A stretch of 64,000 bases of DNA from Candidatus Micrarchaeia archaeon (GTDB taxonomy: Archaea > Micrarchaeota > Micrarchaeia > Anstonellales > Bilamarchaeaceae), in assembly GCA_041653635.1 (NCBI GenBank), contig JBAZFC010000001.1, positions 433,723 to 497,722 on the forward strand, in the 5' to 3' direction. The notes under the pieces are model-generated. The model made no database searches. It was given only the letters and a program-made list of their open reading frames with translations, and was not told the DNA's origin. Within the stretch, counting starts at the first letter, position 1. Each line of letters begins with the position of its first letter. Position numbers and translations under genes: made by a program. Below, in pieces: positions 7,955 to 17,128 of this stretch.

Positions 7955-8902
7955 TTATATTACTGCTTGCCGGGCGTTGGCAACGGGTATCTCATCCACC
8001 TGCGTGATTGCATTTATGACGTCGTAGTTCTTGCCGCGCCCCTCCCGCTTGATGCTGCCGAGCATCCCCTTCCAATGCCTCAGGGTGGATTCCGGCTGGG
8101 GGATGCCCCCCCTGCTGCATGCGAAGACCATCCCGCAAAGAAGCCTCGGGAAGAACCTCAGGTTGAACCCGCGGTCCCACCTTTGGGACACCCTCCCGTA
8201 GACCTCATCCAGCATTTCGTACGCCTTTTGCGGATTTCCCCTGCACATTTCCGAATACGCCATTATCATGGCCGCCTTCGTCCTCTCGTCCAGCGTCGCG
8301 TGCATGCCCACCGTCACCGCGGCCGTCTCAATCGCCCTTTCGTAGTGCCCCAGCTTCCTCAGGGCTTCCGCGTATTTGAGCGTCACGCTTGGCGTCATCC
8401 TGTACTTCTGGGGGATGTCCACGTAGAGCGCCACCATCTCGTCGTATTTGCCCCTGGCGTAGAGCCCGGACATAAGGTTGCTGTGGTTGTGCACGCAGTC
8501 CATGCCCCTCCCCGCCGCCTCGGCAATAGTCCCGCGCGCCTCATCAAACATCCCGCATCTTGCGTAGGCGTCCACCATGCCGCCGTAAATCTCCCTTGTC
8601 ACGATTCCCGTGCTCACCGCATCCCGGAACATCTGCTCGGCATACCCTATTTCTCCCAGCCTCCCGTGCAGCATGATCAGCATTGAAAGGGCCACCTTAT
8701 GTTCCGGGTCCCTCTCCAGGATGTCGGCAACCCTCTCCTTTGCCTCCCTGTACCTCTTCGCCTCCACGAGCTTGAACACCGGCTTCAGCCTCTCATGCAT
8801 GGGCCTCTCGGCGCGGGGTTTCCAAGAGTCGGAAGCCATGCCTTCCCGCTCCCTCCTATCGTTTACGCCAAAGCTGGCATGTGCTAGCGTTCTCCTGCTC
8901 AT
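7955..8902 (-). CDS. helical repeat protein (TPR/PPR-like)
   Basis: At least four 34-aa repeats with Gly at the same position, e.g. IYGGMVDAYARCGMFDEARGTIAEAAGRGM. Confidence 0.75.
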   Translation of the reverse strand: MSRRTLAHASFGVNDRREREGMASDSWKPRAERPMHERLKPVFKLVEAKRYREAKERVADILERDPEHKVALSMLIMLHGRLGEIGYAEQMFRDAVSTGIVTREIYGGMVDAYARCGMFDEARGTIAEAAGRGMDCVHNHSNLMSGLYARGKYDEMVALYVDIPQKYRMTPSVTLKYAEALRKLGHYERAIETAAVTVGMHATLDERTKAAMIMAYSEMCRGNPQKAYEMLDEVYGRVSQRWDRGFNLRFFPRLLCGMVFACSRGGIPQPESTLRHWKGMLGSIKREGRGKNYDVINAITQVDEIPVANARQAVI

Positions 8903-8962
8903 AATACACCTTTAGTGTGTAATTAACACAATAAGGGTTTTAATAAGTTTGCACTTGTGTGC

Positions 8963-11500
8963 CTACGCCCGCCAATACTTCTTATTCTTGATAAAATTCT
9001 TCTGAGCTTCCAGCAAATCAAGAAGCAGCAAATCCTCATCCTTGTGCAGTTTGCTTAAAATCCTGTCCGCGGTCTTTGGCCCAACCCCGAAAACGGACAG
9101 GGCAAGCAGCCCCTTCTTCCCATAAGCCCTCAGAATAGCCGCCTTCGCGGCGAGCTCCTCCGGCTCACCCGGCCAAATAGTAAGGGAAGTGCGCCCGCAC
9201 TTGTGGCACTTGAAATTCTCCGGCGCATTCGCCACGGTGGTAAGCCGTTCGGCTCCGCACGACAGGCAATGGAGTGTAATCTTCTTCTTTTCCAGCTCCT
9301 CGCGTATGGATTTCAGCATCGCCTCGCGTGGCTGGATTGAGGGCACGCCCTCCTCTTTCCTCTTTATCCCGACCATCGCGAAGAAAGAGAGCTTCTCCCT
9401 CTCCTCAAACACGAGCGCCGGTTCTTTCTTCATGATTCCGAGAAGAAGCCTCTTCGCCCCTTCCAGGTCAAAATATTTCCTGAATATGGAATTCAGCGTC
9501 TCATCATACACCGGCGTATCCACCATCAATCTAATGAGCTTCGTTCCCACCATCGCGTCCTCGCCAAACATCCCGAACATCCTTCCGGTGTGCAGGAACA
9601 CGAGGCGCAGCGCAGATGAATTCCACAGGGATTCTTCCGCATCAAATTCCAAATCATAGGGCACGAGCGCCGCATCTATCCATTCCTTTTTCGCCGGAAA
9701 AGGAAGCCGGAGCATCACCCTGTACGGATCCGTAGCCACCGCCACTTCCGCCCCCAGCTTTTTTGCCAACCTAAGCTGCAAAACTCTTCCAAGAGTATAA
9801 TTTATCCTCGTCCCGAGGCAGGAATGCAAAATCACGGATTCCTTCGCAATCTCCACAAGTATTTTTTTGTCGTCGGGCACAACCCTCTCCCCATGCTTCT
9901 CCTCATCCGCTCCGCGCAGCCTCCCGACCTCCTGCGCAACTTCCTTATGCACGGGTATGTCCTCGCCCACCCAGTCCGGAATCACGAAATCCGCGGAGGC
10001 AGTCTGCTCCGCCAATAATTCCGAGGACAATTCAATCATCTTCCATACCTTCCCTTTTGAGGAGAAGAACTCCCCTGGCGTGAGCGTTGCAACGAACCTT
10101 TCGTCCAGCGAAGCCACAATCTTGTTCGTGCTTGCGTCCCTCAGGGCATACTTCCTCTCCTTAGGAATGGTGGTCAGATTATAGAAGTAATATTCCCTCC
10201 CCGCCTGCCTTATCGCGGAGGTGTTGTCCGGATTAAGGAAGATTAGCCGCTCCCTCTCCAATTGTTTTACGACGCGCTTGAACTCATCCGGCTTCAGCGC
10301 GAACGCATACGCCCTGTTTAGTATCTTATAAGCGTCATCCACATTCATTCTTCCCTTATCCAGCAGCAATCCCACGAATTGGTGAGCCGCAACATCCATC
10401 GCGCCCCGCACCACCTCCCTCTCTTCCAAGAAGCCGCCCTCAAACTTATCCTTTATCGCGCGCGCCTCCATCCACTCGTCATAATCTCCGACGACTATTT
10501 TTCCGGAAGGCCTGAGGTGCATCGCGTGCCCGCTCCGCCCCACCCTCTGCACGAGCCGCGCCACTTCCCTCGGCGAATTAAACTGTATTATCTCCTCCAT
10601 GCCCCCGATATCTATCCCCAATTCCAGCGAGGAAGTCGCCACCACTGTCTTGGTTTCCCCTCCTTTCAGCCCCTCCTCCGTCTTCAGCCGCACCTCAGCA
10701 GAAAGCGAGCCATGATGTATATCTATTGGAACCTTTTCCATATCCAGATAAGTCGCAAGCGCCTCCGCGGTGCTCCTCGTATTTACAAATACAATCCTTC
10801 TTTTCCCAGCTTCCTTCTCAAGAATGTCCTTCACTTTCTCGAAAATCTTCTTCTGCCCGCCATACGCCTTGATTATCTCCAAATCCAGTTCCCTTCCGGC
10901 CCCGGCCTCAATCACGGAGAATTCCCTCTCACCGCATATGAGCTTCCCCGCCTCGCGCGGCTTCGCGACCGTCGCGCTCAGCCCTATGCGCTGGAAGTCC
11001 GCGACCTCCGCCAATCTTTCCAATCCCATTGAGAGCTGCGTCCCGCGCTTGTTGTTCATGAGCTCGTGCACTTCATCAACAATCACGTGCTTCACATTAG
11101 CAAGATGAGCCCTCATCACGCGGCCCACCAATATCGCCTGCAATGTTTCCGGCGTCACAATGAGCAATTGCGGAGGCGAAGCCCTCTGCTTTCCCCTCTC
11201 GCTCACGCTCGTGTCCCCGTGCCGCACCGCGTGCGTGATGCCCGCCTGCTCGCACCACCAGTCCATCCTCTTCTTCATGTCCCGGTTGAGCGCCCGCAGC
11301 GGCGTAATATACAAACAGGAAATCCCCTTCTTCCCATGCACCATTTCCAGCACGGGGAGCAGCGCCGCTTCTGTTTTACCGGAGCCCGTGGGTGCCACTA
11401 GGAGAGCGTTCTTCCCCTGCAGGAGCACAGGCATCGCCTTCTTCTGTATTGCCGTAGGCTCAGGGAACCTTTTTTTGAACAATTCGGCTATAGTCTCCAT
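8963..11500 (-). CDS. lhr: Lhr-family SF2 helicase with C-terminal Zn finger
   Basis: APTGSGKT, YITPLRALNRD, DEVH, LSAT, HHGSLS, QRVGRSGH; C-terminal CxxC...CxxC and GVGPKTA. Confidence 0.93.
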   Translation of the reverse strand: METIAELFKKRFPEPTAIQKKAMPVLLQGKNALLVAPTGSGKTEAALLPVLEMVHGKKGISCLYITPLRALNRDMKKRMDWWCEQAGITHAVRHGDTSVSERGKQRASPPQLLIVTPETLQAILVGRVMRAHLANVKHVIVDEVHELMNNKRGTQLSMGLERLAEVADFQRIGLSATVAKPREAGKLICGEREFSVIEAGAGRELDLEIIKAYGGQKKIFEKVKDILEKEAGKRRIVFVNTRSTAEALATYLDMEKVPIDIHHGSLSAEVRLKTEEGLKGGETKTVVATSSLELGIDIGGMEEIIQFNSPREVARLVQRVGRSGHAMHLRPSGKIVVGDYDEWMEARAIKDKFEGGFLEEREVVRGAMDVAAHQFVGLLLDKGRMNVDDAYKILNRAYAFALKPDEFKRVVKQLERERLIFLNPDNTSAIRQAGREYYFYNLTTIPKERKYALRDASTNKIVASLDERFVATLTPGEFFSSKGKVWKMIELSSELLAEQTASADFVIPDWVGEDIPVHKEVAQEVGRLRGADEEKHGERVVPDDKKILVEIAKESVILHSCLGTRINYTLGRVLQLRLAKKLGAEVAVATDPYRVMLRLPFPAKKEWIDAALVPYDLEFDAEESLWNSSALRLVFLHTGRMFGMFGEDAMVGTKLIRLMVDTPVYDETLNSIFRKYFDLEGAKRLLLGIMKKEPALVFEEREKLSFFAMVGIKRKEEGVPSIQPREAMLKSIREELEKKKITLHCLSCGAERLTTVANAPENFKCHKCGRTSLTIWPGEPEELAAKAAILRAYGKKGLLALSVFGVGPKTADRILSKLHKDEDLLLLDLLEAQKNFIKNKKYWRA

Positions 11501-11560
11501 ATTATTGCACTAATATTTCCCTTCGGGAGTATTTATTCCTTTCTGGGGTGCGCTTCCACC

Positions 11561-12463
11561 CTATTCCTTCCCAGGCTTCACTTCCAAACTCATCCCATCC
11601 TTCGCAATCTCCGTGTTCTTGAAAATCGCCTTCGCCTCTGAGAGCAGTTCCTTTTCCGCATCCGCATACCTGCAGCTAATATGAGTAAGAATGAGTTTTT
11701 TCACACCCGCCTTCTTCGCAATCCGCGCCGCATCCGCGGCGGTGGTGTGCATCCTCCCTTCCGCCTCGTCCCCCGTTCCCTCGCCGAAAGTCCCATCATG
11801 TATCAATAAATCCGCCCCGCGCGCAGCAAGCACCACGCGTTCCGAGGGCATCGTGTCCCCCGTATAAACTACTTTTATCCCCTTCCGGACCCAGCTCACT
11901 TCCTCCAATTTTATTTTCTTGCCGCCAACTTCCACGACTCCCTTCTCCTGTATTTCTCGGAAAAGCTTTCCCTTCAATCCGCGGCCCTTTGCCTCCTTCT
12001 CGTTGAATTTTACTTTATCATCTTCGTGGAAAACCAGCCCATAGGACTCTTTCCCGTGCTCCACCCTGAATGCAGAAATGGAATAATCCTTTCCGCGGTA
12101 AAGCTCTTCCTCGCGCATCTCCCCCATCTGCACGAAATCCGGGTTCCGCATGAACGAGGGGCTCATCGCCTCAATCATCATCCCCAGCCCACGCGGCGCA
12201 AAAACCTTGAGGTGCGCCCTCTGCGTGTTCATCCTTATGGTCTCAATCAATCCGAACACTCCCAGAAAGTGGTCAAGGTGCAGATGAGTGATGAATATCG
12301 CCTCCACCCCGCCGTACCCCACCCCCCTGCGCATCATCTCGCGCTGCGTCCCCTCGCCGCAGTCCCACAGGAACAATTTGTCCCAGTGCAACGCGATGGC
12401 CGGCATGGCCCTCTTCACGGACGGGACGGCGCCGCCGGTCCCGATGAAATCAACCTTCAGCAT
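11561..12463 (-). CDS. rnz: ribonuclease Z
   Basis: GTGGAVP, DCGEGTQ, THLHLDH, YTGDT, LTHIS. Confidence 0.93.
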   Translation of the reverse strand: MLKVDFIGTGGAVPSVKRAMPAIALHWDKLFLWDCGEGTQREMMRRGVGYGGVEAIFITHLHLDHFLGVFGLIETIRMNTQRAHLKVFAPRGLGMMIEAMSPSFMRNPDFVQMGEMREEELYRGKDYSISAFRVEHGKESYGLVFHEDDKVKFNEKEAKGRGLKGKLFREIQEKGVVEVGGKKIKLEEVSWVRKGIKVVYTGDTMPSERVVLAARGADLLIHDGTFGEGTGDEAEGRMHTTAADAARIAKKAGVKKLILTHISCRYADAEKELLSEAKAIFKNTEIAKDGMSLEVKPGKE

Positions 12464-12500
12464 GCGTATTCACCTGAACGATAAAGGATAAAAAAGAGGT

Positions 12501-12520
12501 TGCATCCCATCCCGGATGCA
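12501..12520 (-). terminator. hairpin within T-rich region downstream of sepF
   Basis: TGCATCC-N6-GGATGCA inverted repeat flanked by A-tracts on + (U-tracts on -). Confidence 0.45.
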
Positions 12521-12556
12521 CAAAAAGATGAAAATAGAAAAATGAAAGTACGCCGA

Positions 12557-12934
12557 CTACATCTTCTCAGGCGCGGGCTTCTGCTTGCTCTTCACAATCT
12601 TCACTTTGGACGGTGTGAGCATCACAAGTTCCTGCGTGAGGAGCGCTATGTCGCCGTTCATCTTCTCAACGGTGACCTTGAGCTTGCCGATTATGCCCTT
12701 CAGGCGGTTCGGCTGCTTCGCGAGCGGAGTAACATTCACTATTATGATGTTCTTGCTCGTGAGCTCCTTCAGCGCGAGGTTGGCGTCGCCCTCGTTCCTG
12801 AGGTCTATCCTCTTCACGTAGAAATCCGCCGGCGGATTCACCACGTCGCCTTCCTCCTCCATCTCGAGGTATTGCCCGAGGTCAGGCTCGTCAGTTTCTT
12901 TCTCTTTCCCGAATATCTTGTCGAATATTCCCAT
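12557..12934 (-). CDS. sepF: cell division protein SepF
   Basis: Amphipathic MGIFDKIFG N-terminus; NIIIVNV...NGDIA...LTPSKVKI SepF core. Confidence 0.85.
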   Translation of the reverse strand: MGIFDKIFGKEKETDEPDLGQYLEMEEEGDVVNPPADFYVKRIDLRNEGDANLALKELTSKNIIIVNVTPLAKQPNRLKGIIGKLKVTVEKMNGDIALLTQELVMLTPSKVKIVKSKQKPAPEKM

Positions 12935-13010
12935 CCTGTCACCTGCCATGGTCGTCTGTCCAGCTATTGAACGAAAAGGATTATTAAACCCACTCTCATG
13001 CCTGCCGGAA

Positions 13011-13042
13011 CCCCGTTTCCACTATTCTTATTAACGTTTCCA
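13011..13042 (-). promoter_or_regulatory. two ORB/mini-ORB-like motifs upstream of cdc6
   Basis: Minus strand TAGTGGAAACGGGG (13011..13024) and TGGAAACG (13035..13042) resemble the archaeal origin recognition box core with G-string. Confidence 0.5.
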
Positions 13043-13064
13043 ATCAAAATGATGCCCGGTATAC

Positions 13065-14246
13065 ATGCCTTCTTTTGGGGAGTTCGCATCTCCTTCCAGG
13101 ATTTTCCGGGACAGGGACGTCCTCTCACCGCATTTCATACCCAACACGCTGCATTTCAGGGAGCACCAGATACGCGAGCTGATGTCCATTCTCGCGCCCG
13201 CGCTGCAGGGCAAGAAGCCGCGCAACCTCATGCTATACGGAAAAACGGGCACGGGAAAAACATGCTGCACGAAGCACGTCTCCAGGAAGTTTGAGGAGGA
13301 GAACCCGAACGCGAAGATAATCTACATCAACTGCAGGATGTACAACAAGCCCTACAGGATACTCTCAAAGGCGATAAAATCCCTCACGGACGGCGTGGAC
13401 AAGCAGGGCTACGGCCTGCCTTTCTATTACGAGAAGATGCTGGAATGGTGCGGAACCGGCAGGCAGCTAATCCTCATCCTTGACGAGATAGACATGGCGA
13501 AGAACATAGATGAGCTCATATATACCCTTACAAGGGCGAACGACGAGCTGGAAAAGGGCGGCGTTTCCCTCATCGGGATTTCCAACCGCCTCACGTTCAA
13601 GGAGGGGCTGGACCCGAGGAGCAAGAGCAGCCTGTATGAGCGGGAGATGGTCTTCCCGCCCTACACCGCGCCGCAGTTGCAGAAGATTTTGCAGCAGCGC
13701 GTGGATCTCGCATTCAAGGAGAACGTGATAAGCGCAGGGGCCATAAACCTCGCGAGCGCCTTCACTGCGCAGGATTCCGGGGACGCCCGTTATGCGCTCA
13801 AATTGCTATTGCGCGCGGCTGAGCTTGCGGAGGAGAGGAGCCTCTCCAGGATTTCGGACGCCGAAGTGAAGGAGGCGAGGGACGTCGTTGAGACCGACCT
13901 CGTGAAGGAAGCTGTGGACAAATTACCTGAGCACCACCAATTGGTTTTGTACGCCGTAGGCCGGCTCACCCTTTCCGGGAGCAAGTACGCGCGCTTTGAG
14001 GACGGGAAGGACGGCTACCTCTTTTCCGGGGATGTGTATGAGGATTATTCCGAGCTCTGCTCCAAGCTGAGGAAGGCGGCCAAGACCGCGCGCTCTTATA
14101 GGAGTTACCTTACTGATTTGGAGATGCTCGGCCTCGTGACCACGGTGGAGAGCGGCAAGGGGATCCGCGGGCACACCAAGCTCATAAAGCTCGGGCACAC
14201 CCCGCAGGAGACCGTCTCCATGATGCGGCAGAAATTCGGTGAATGA
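13065..14246 (+). CDS. cdc6: Orc1/Cdc6 replication initiator
   Basis: YGKTGTGKT Walker A, YINC, ILDEID, FPPYTA, GDARYAL, C-terminal wHTH with GKGIRG. Confidence 0.95.
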   Translation: MPSFGEFASPSRIFRDRDVLSPHFIPNTLHFREHQIRELMSILAPALQGKKPRNLMLYGKTGTGKTCCTKHVSRKFEEENPNAKIIYINCRMYNKPYRILSKAIKSLTDGVDKQGYGLPFYYEKMLEWCGTGRQLILILDEIDMAKNIDELIYTLTRANDELEKGGVSLIGISNRLTFKEGLDPRSKSSLYEREMVFPPYTAPQLQKILQQRVDLAFKENVISAGAINLASAFTAQDSGDARYALKLLLRAAELAEERSLSRISDAEVKEARDVVETDLVKEAVDKLPEHHQLVLYAVGRLTLSGSKYARFEDGKDGYLFSGDVYEDYSELCSKLRKAAKTARSYRSYLTDLEMLGLVTTVESGKGIRGHTKLIKLGHTPQETVSMMRQKFGE

Positions 14247-14765
14247 ATGGACGAAACGGATTTCGTATTCCAGGCAGGCGCGCTGCGCAGGGTGGAGCGC
14301 TCGGGCTGGAGGACAGTGGGCATAGAGCCGGAGAGCGTCTCCGAGCATTCCTACCGCGCGGCAATCATAGCGTATATTCTCGCAAAAAAGGAAGGGGTGA
14401 ATCCCGAGAAGGCATCCCTCGCCGCAATTTTCCATGATTTGCATGAGGTCCGGATTAATGACATCCATATAGTAGGAAAAAAATACCTTTCAATAGACGA
14501 GAAGAAGGCGCGCTCAGACACGTTCGCGCCCCTTCCCGAAATCCTGGGGCTTTTCAAGGACGAAAAGATAATGCGCGTCGCGGGCGACGCGGACAAGCTT
14601 GAACTCATATTCCAGGCAAAGGAGTACAAGGACCTCGGCAATCCGTACGTGCAACAGTGGATAGACCGCGCCTCCGCGCTGCTGAAGACCGATTCCGCGA
14701 AAAAAATGGCCAAGGAGGCGGTGAAGAGGGACGCTTTCAAGTGGCTTTTTGAGGCGAGGGAATGA
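14247..14765 (+). CDS. HD-domain 5'-deoxynucleotidase (YfbR/HDDC2-like)
   Basis: LRRVERSGW, ESVSEHS, FHDLHE, DADKLE. Confidence 0.85.
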   Translation: MDETDFVFQAGALRRVERSGWRTVGIEPESVSEHSYRAAIIAYILAKKEGVNPEKASLAAIFHDLHEVRINDIHIVGKKYLSIDEKKARSDTFAPLPEILGLFKDEKIMRVAGDADKLELIFQAKEYKDLGNPYVQQWIDRASALLKTDSAKKMAKEAVKRDAFKWLFEARE

Positions 14766-15172
14766 AGCCAATAGCATTGCTGGCGCTCGGCGCGTTCCTG
14801 CTCATCCTTGCCGGCTGCACGGGCACAATCTCCAATGATGAGGCCAATTGCGCTGAGAACCGCACCGCCACCCCCTGCACGAACTCCGCGCTCTGGTACG
14901 CGGTCCTGCACAAGGACGTCCCAACCGCGCTTTCAATGTGTGCGCGCATAGAGGCCGGGGACGCATTCACCGGCTCGGGAAAGGACCGCTGCTACATGGA
15001 GGTCGCCCGCACCACGAACGACGTCACAATATGCAACAATATAGATTCCCTGAACACCGTTACGAAGGGGCTGTGCATAGACCGGGCGAAGCCGCCAAGG
15101 GAGAGCACCTTCTGCATCCCGGCATTGGTGCTTCCGGTGCTGGCGCTTGTTTTAATCGCGAGGCGCTCGTAA
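14762..15172 (+). CDS. Cys-rich lipoprotein with C-terminal membrane anchor
   Basis: Lipobox LAGC after a hydrophobic signal; C-terminal CIP-hydrophobic-RRS. Confidence 0.7.
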   Translation: MKPIALLALGAFLLILAGCTGTISNDEANCAENRTATPCTNSALWYAVLHKDVPTALSMCARIEAGDAFTGSGKDRCYMEVARTTNDVTICNNIDSLNTVTKGLCIDRAKPPRESTFCIPALVLPVLALVLIARRS

Positions 15173-15186
15173 AGGCGCGCCACAAT

Positions 15187-16437
15187 TCACAATTCCAATA
15201 CGTCCCCGTTCTTCGGCGCGTAAACCTCGTGCCCCATCGCCTGCAATTCGTTCTGGAATTCCAAAATCCTGTCCCCGTGGTTGAGGACTATTCTTTCAGG
15301 GTCCGCCTTCTTTATGTATTCCAGGAGGTCGCTCCTTCCCGCATGGGCGGAGAAATCGTAATATGACCAGGGCAAATCCACGTCAAGGATGTTCCCGTCC
15401 AGGTCTATCTTGTTCTCGTTCATCACCCTCCAGCCGTTCGTCCCCTCCACATTATACCCGGTAAATATCATCTTTGACTGGGGCAGCATGTTCAGGAGGT
15501 ATTTGAGCGCAGGCCCGCCCTGCAGCATGCCCGCGGTGCTTATGATGATTGAGGGCATGGATGTCGCATCCCTCCTGTCCATCTCGTCCTTCACGAACAC
15601 CACGGTGCCCGCCATCTCTGCGAAGGATTCCGCATCGTTCATGTAGTTCCCGTGCTTCTTGTACAATTGCGAAACGGCCTTCCCCATCCCGTCCACGAAT
15701 ATGGGCGTGTCCGGCATGAGGGAGCGCACTATGGATATGAGCTCCTGCGTCCTCCCCACCGCGAACGACGGGAAAAGGACGTTCCCCTTATTATCTATTA
15801 TCTCCTCCATCTCCTTCTTCAATTTCTTCTCCAGTTGTTTCCTGTCCGGGTGCTCCCTTGAATGGTATGTGCTCTCTATCACCAGCACGTCCACTTCCCT
15901 GATTGGCTTCGCGCCCTTGTGCATCCGCGTCTCCCCGAGCTTGAAATCGCCCGTATATACGAACCTCCTCCCCTTCCATTCCGCCTCCACCATCGCCGCT
16001 CCCAATATGTGCCCGGCGTCGTGCAGGGTGAATTTCGTCTCCTCCACGTGCACCTTCTGCCCATATTTCACCGGCACGAACTTCCTCTGCGCCTTCGCGA
16101 CGTCCACCGCGTTGTACGGGCACTCCTCCCCCATTATCTTCATGCTGTCCGGCCAGAGGATGGATGCGATGTCCAGCGTCGGCTGCGTCCCGAACCAGTT
16201 TATGTTCTCGTGCGTGAAAAGCTCCGGAAGGTAGCCAGAATGGTCAAAGTGCGCATGGCTGAGTATCATCCCATCCAATGGCCCCTGGTACTGCGCCGGG
16301 AACATGTCCCTCTTCCCGCCCGGCTGGTATATCTTCAACCCGCAGTCCAGCATCACCTTTACGTCCGTCTCAAGGACGAAGCAGCTCCTTCCCACTTCCT
16401 GCCCCGCGCCGAGGCATTGAAGTCGTATTTTTTCCAT
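15187..16437 (-). CDS. beta-CASP metallo-beta-lactamase nuclease without KH domains (aCPSF2-like)
   Basis: LGAGQEVGRS, SHAHFDH, AGHILGA, FSAHA, LNHG. Confidence 0.88.
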   Translation of the reverse strand: MEKIRLQCLGAGQEVGRSCFVLETDVKVMLDCGLKIYQPGGKRDMFPAQYQGPLDGMILSHAHFDHSGYLPELFTHENINWFGTQPTLDIASILWPDSMKIMGEECPYNAVDVAKAQRKFVPVKYGQKVHVEETKFTLHDAGHILGAAMVEAEWKGRRFVYTGDFKLGETRMHKGAKPIREVDVLVIESTYHSREHPDRKQLEKKLKKEMEEIIDNKGNVLFPSFAVGRTQELISIVRSLMPDTPIFVDGMGKAVSQLYKKHGNYMNDAESFAEMAGTVVFVKDEMDRRDATSMPSIIISTAGMLQGGPALKYLLNMLPQSKMIFTGYNVEGTNGWRVMNENKIDLDGNILDVDLPWSYYDFSAHAGRSDLLEYIKKADPERIVLNHGDRILEFQNELQAMGHEVYAPKNGDVLEL

Positions 16438-16497
16438 TGGCTCGCCGCCCCTTATGCTCGGCGTGCATTTTTAAATTTTCTATTGGATGCCTAACCC

Positions 16498-17127
16498 ATG
16501 GCCGCGAAGATTCCGGAGTTTGCCCTGCTTGAGAAATACGGAATCAAGCTCATACCATACGGAATCGCAAAGGATGAGAAGGAAGCCGCCCGCATCGCAA
16601 AGAAGCTCGGCTATCCCGTCGCGCTCAAAATCATCTCTCCCGAAATCACGCACAAGACCGATTACCATGCGGTGAAGGTGGGGCTCAAGAACGAGGAGAG
16701 GATGCTCGCGGCCTACGAGGACATAATGGAGAACGTCCGCGGCCACAAAGTTTCCGGGATGCTCGTGCAGAGCATGGCCCGCAAGGGCTTGGAGCTAATT
16801 ATCGGGGGAAAGAAGGACCCGCAATTCGGGCATATGGTCGTCCTAGGTTTGGGCGGCGTATATGTGGAGGTGTTCCGCGACGTTTCCGCGCGCATCTGCC
16901 CAATCCAGCGCCAGGACGTAAAAGAGATGGTGATGGAACTCCGCTCCAACCCCCTGATAATGGGCGTCCGCGGCATGAAGCCCATAAACATAGACGCATT
17001 GGAAACCTTGATGCTGAAGGTTTGCAGGATGATGCTGGAGGAGGACGTCCTTGAGATGGATTTGAACCCCGTCATCTTTGACGAGAAGGGATATGATATA
17101 GTGGATGTGCGTTTGAGGAGGGACTAA
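16498..17127 (+). CDS. acdB: acetate--CoA ligase (ADP-forming) beta subunit
   Basis: GYPVALKIISPEITHKTD, DPQFG, GLGGVYVE, EMDLNP ATP-grasp motifs. Confidence 0.9.
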   Translation: MAAKIPEFALLEKYGIKLIPYGIAKDEKEAARIAKKLGYPVALKIISPEITHKTDYHAVKVGLKNEERMLAAYEDIMENVRGHKVSGMLVQSMARKGLELIIGGKKDPQFGHMVVLGLGGVYVEVFRDVSARICPIQRQDVKEMVMELRSNPLIMGVRGMKPINIDALETLMLKVCRMMLEEDVLEMDLNPVIFDEKGYDIVDVRLRRD

Positions 17128-17128
17128 A

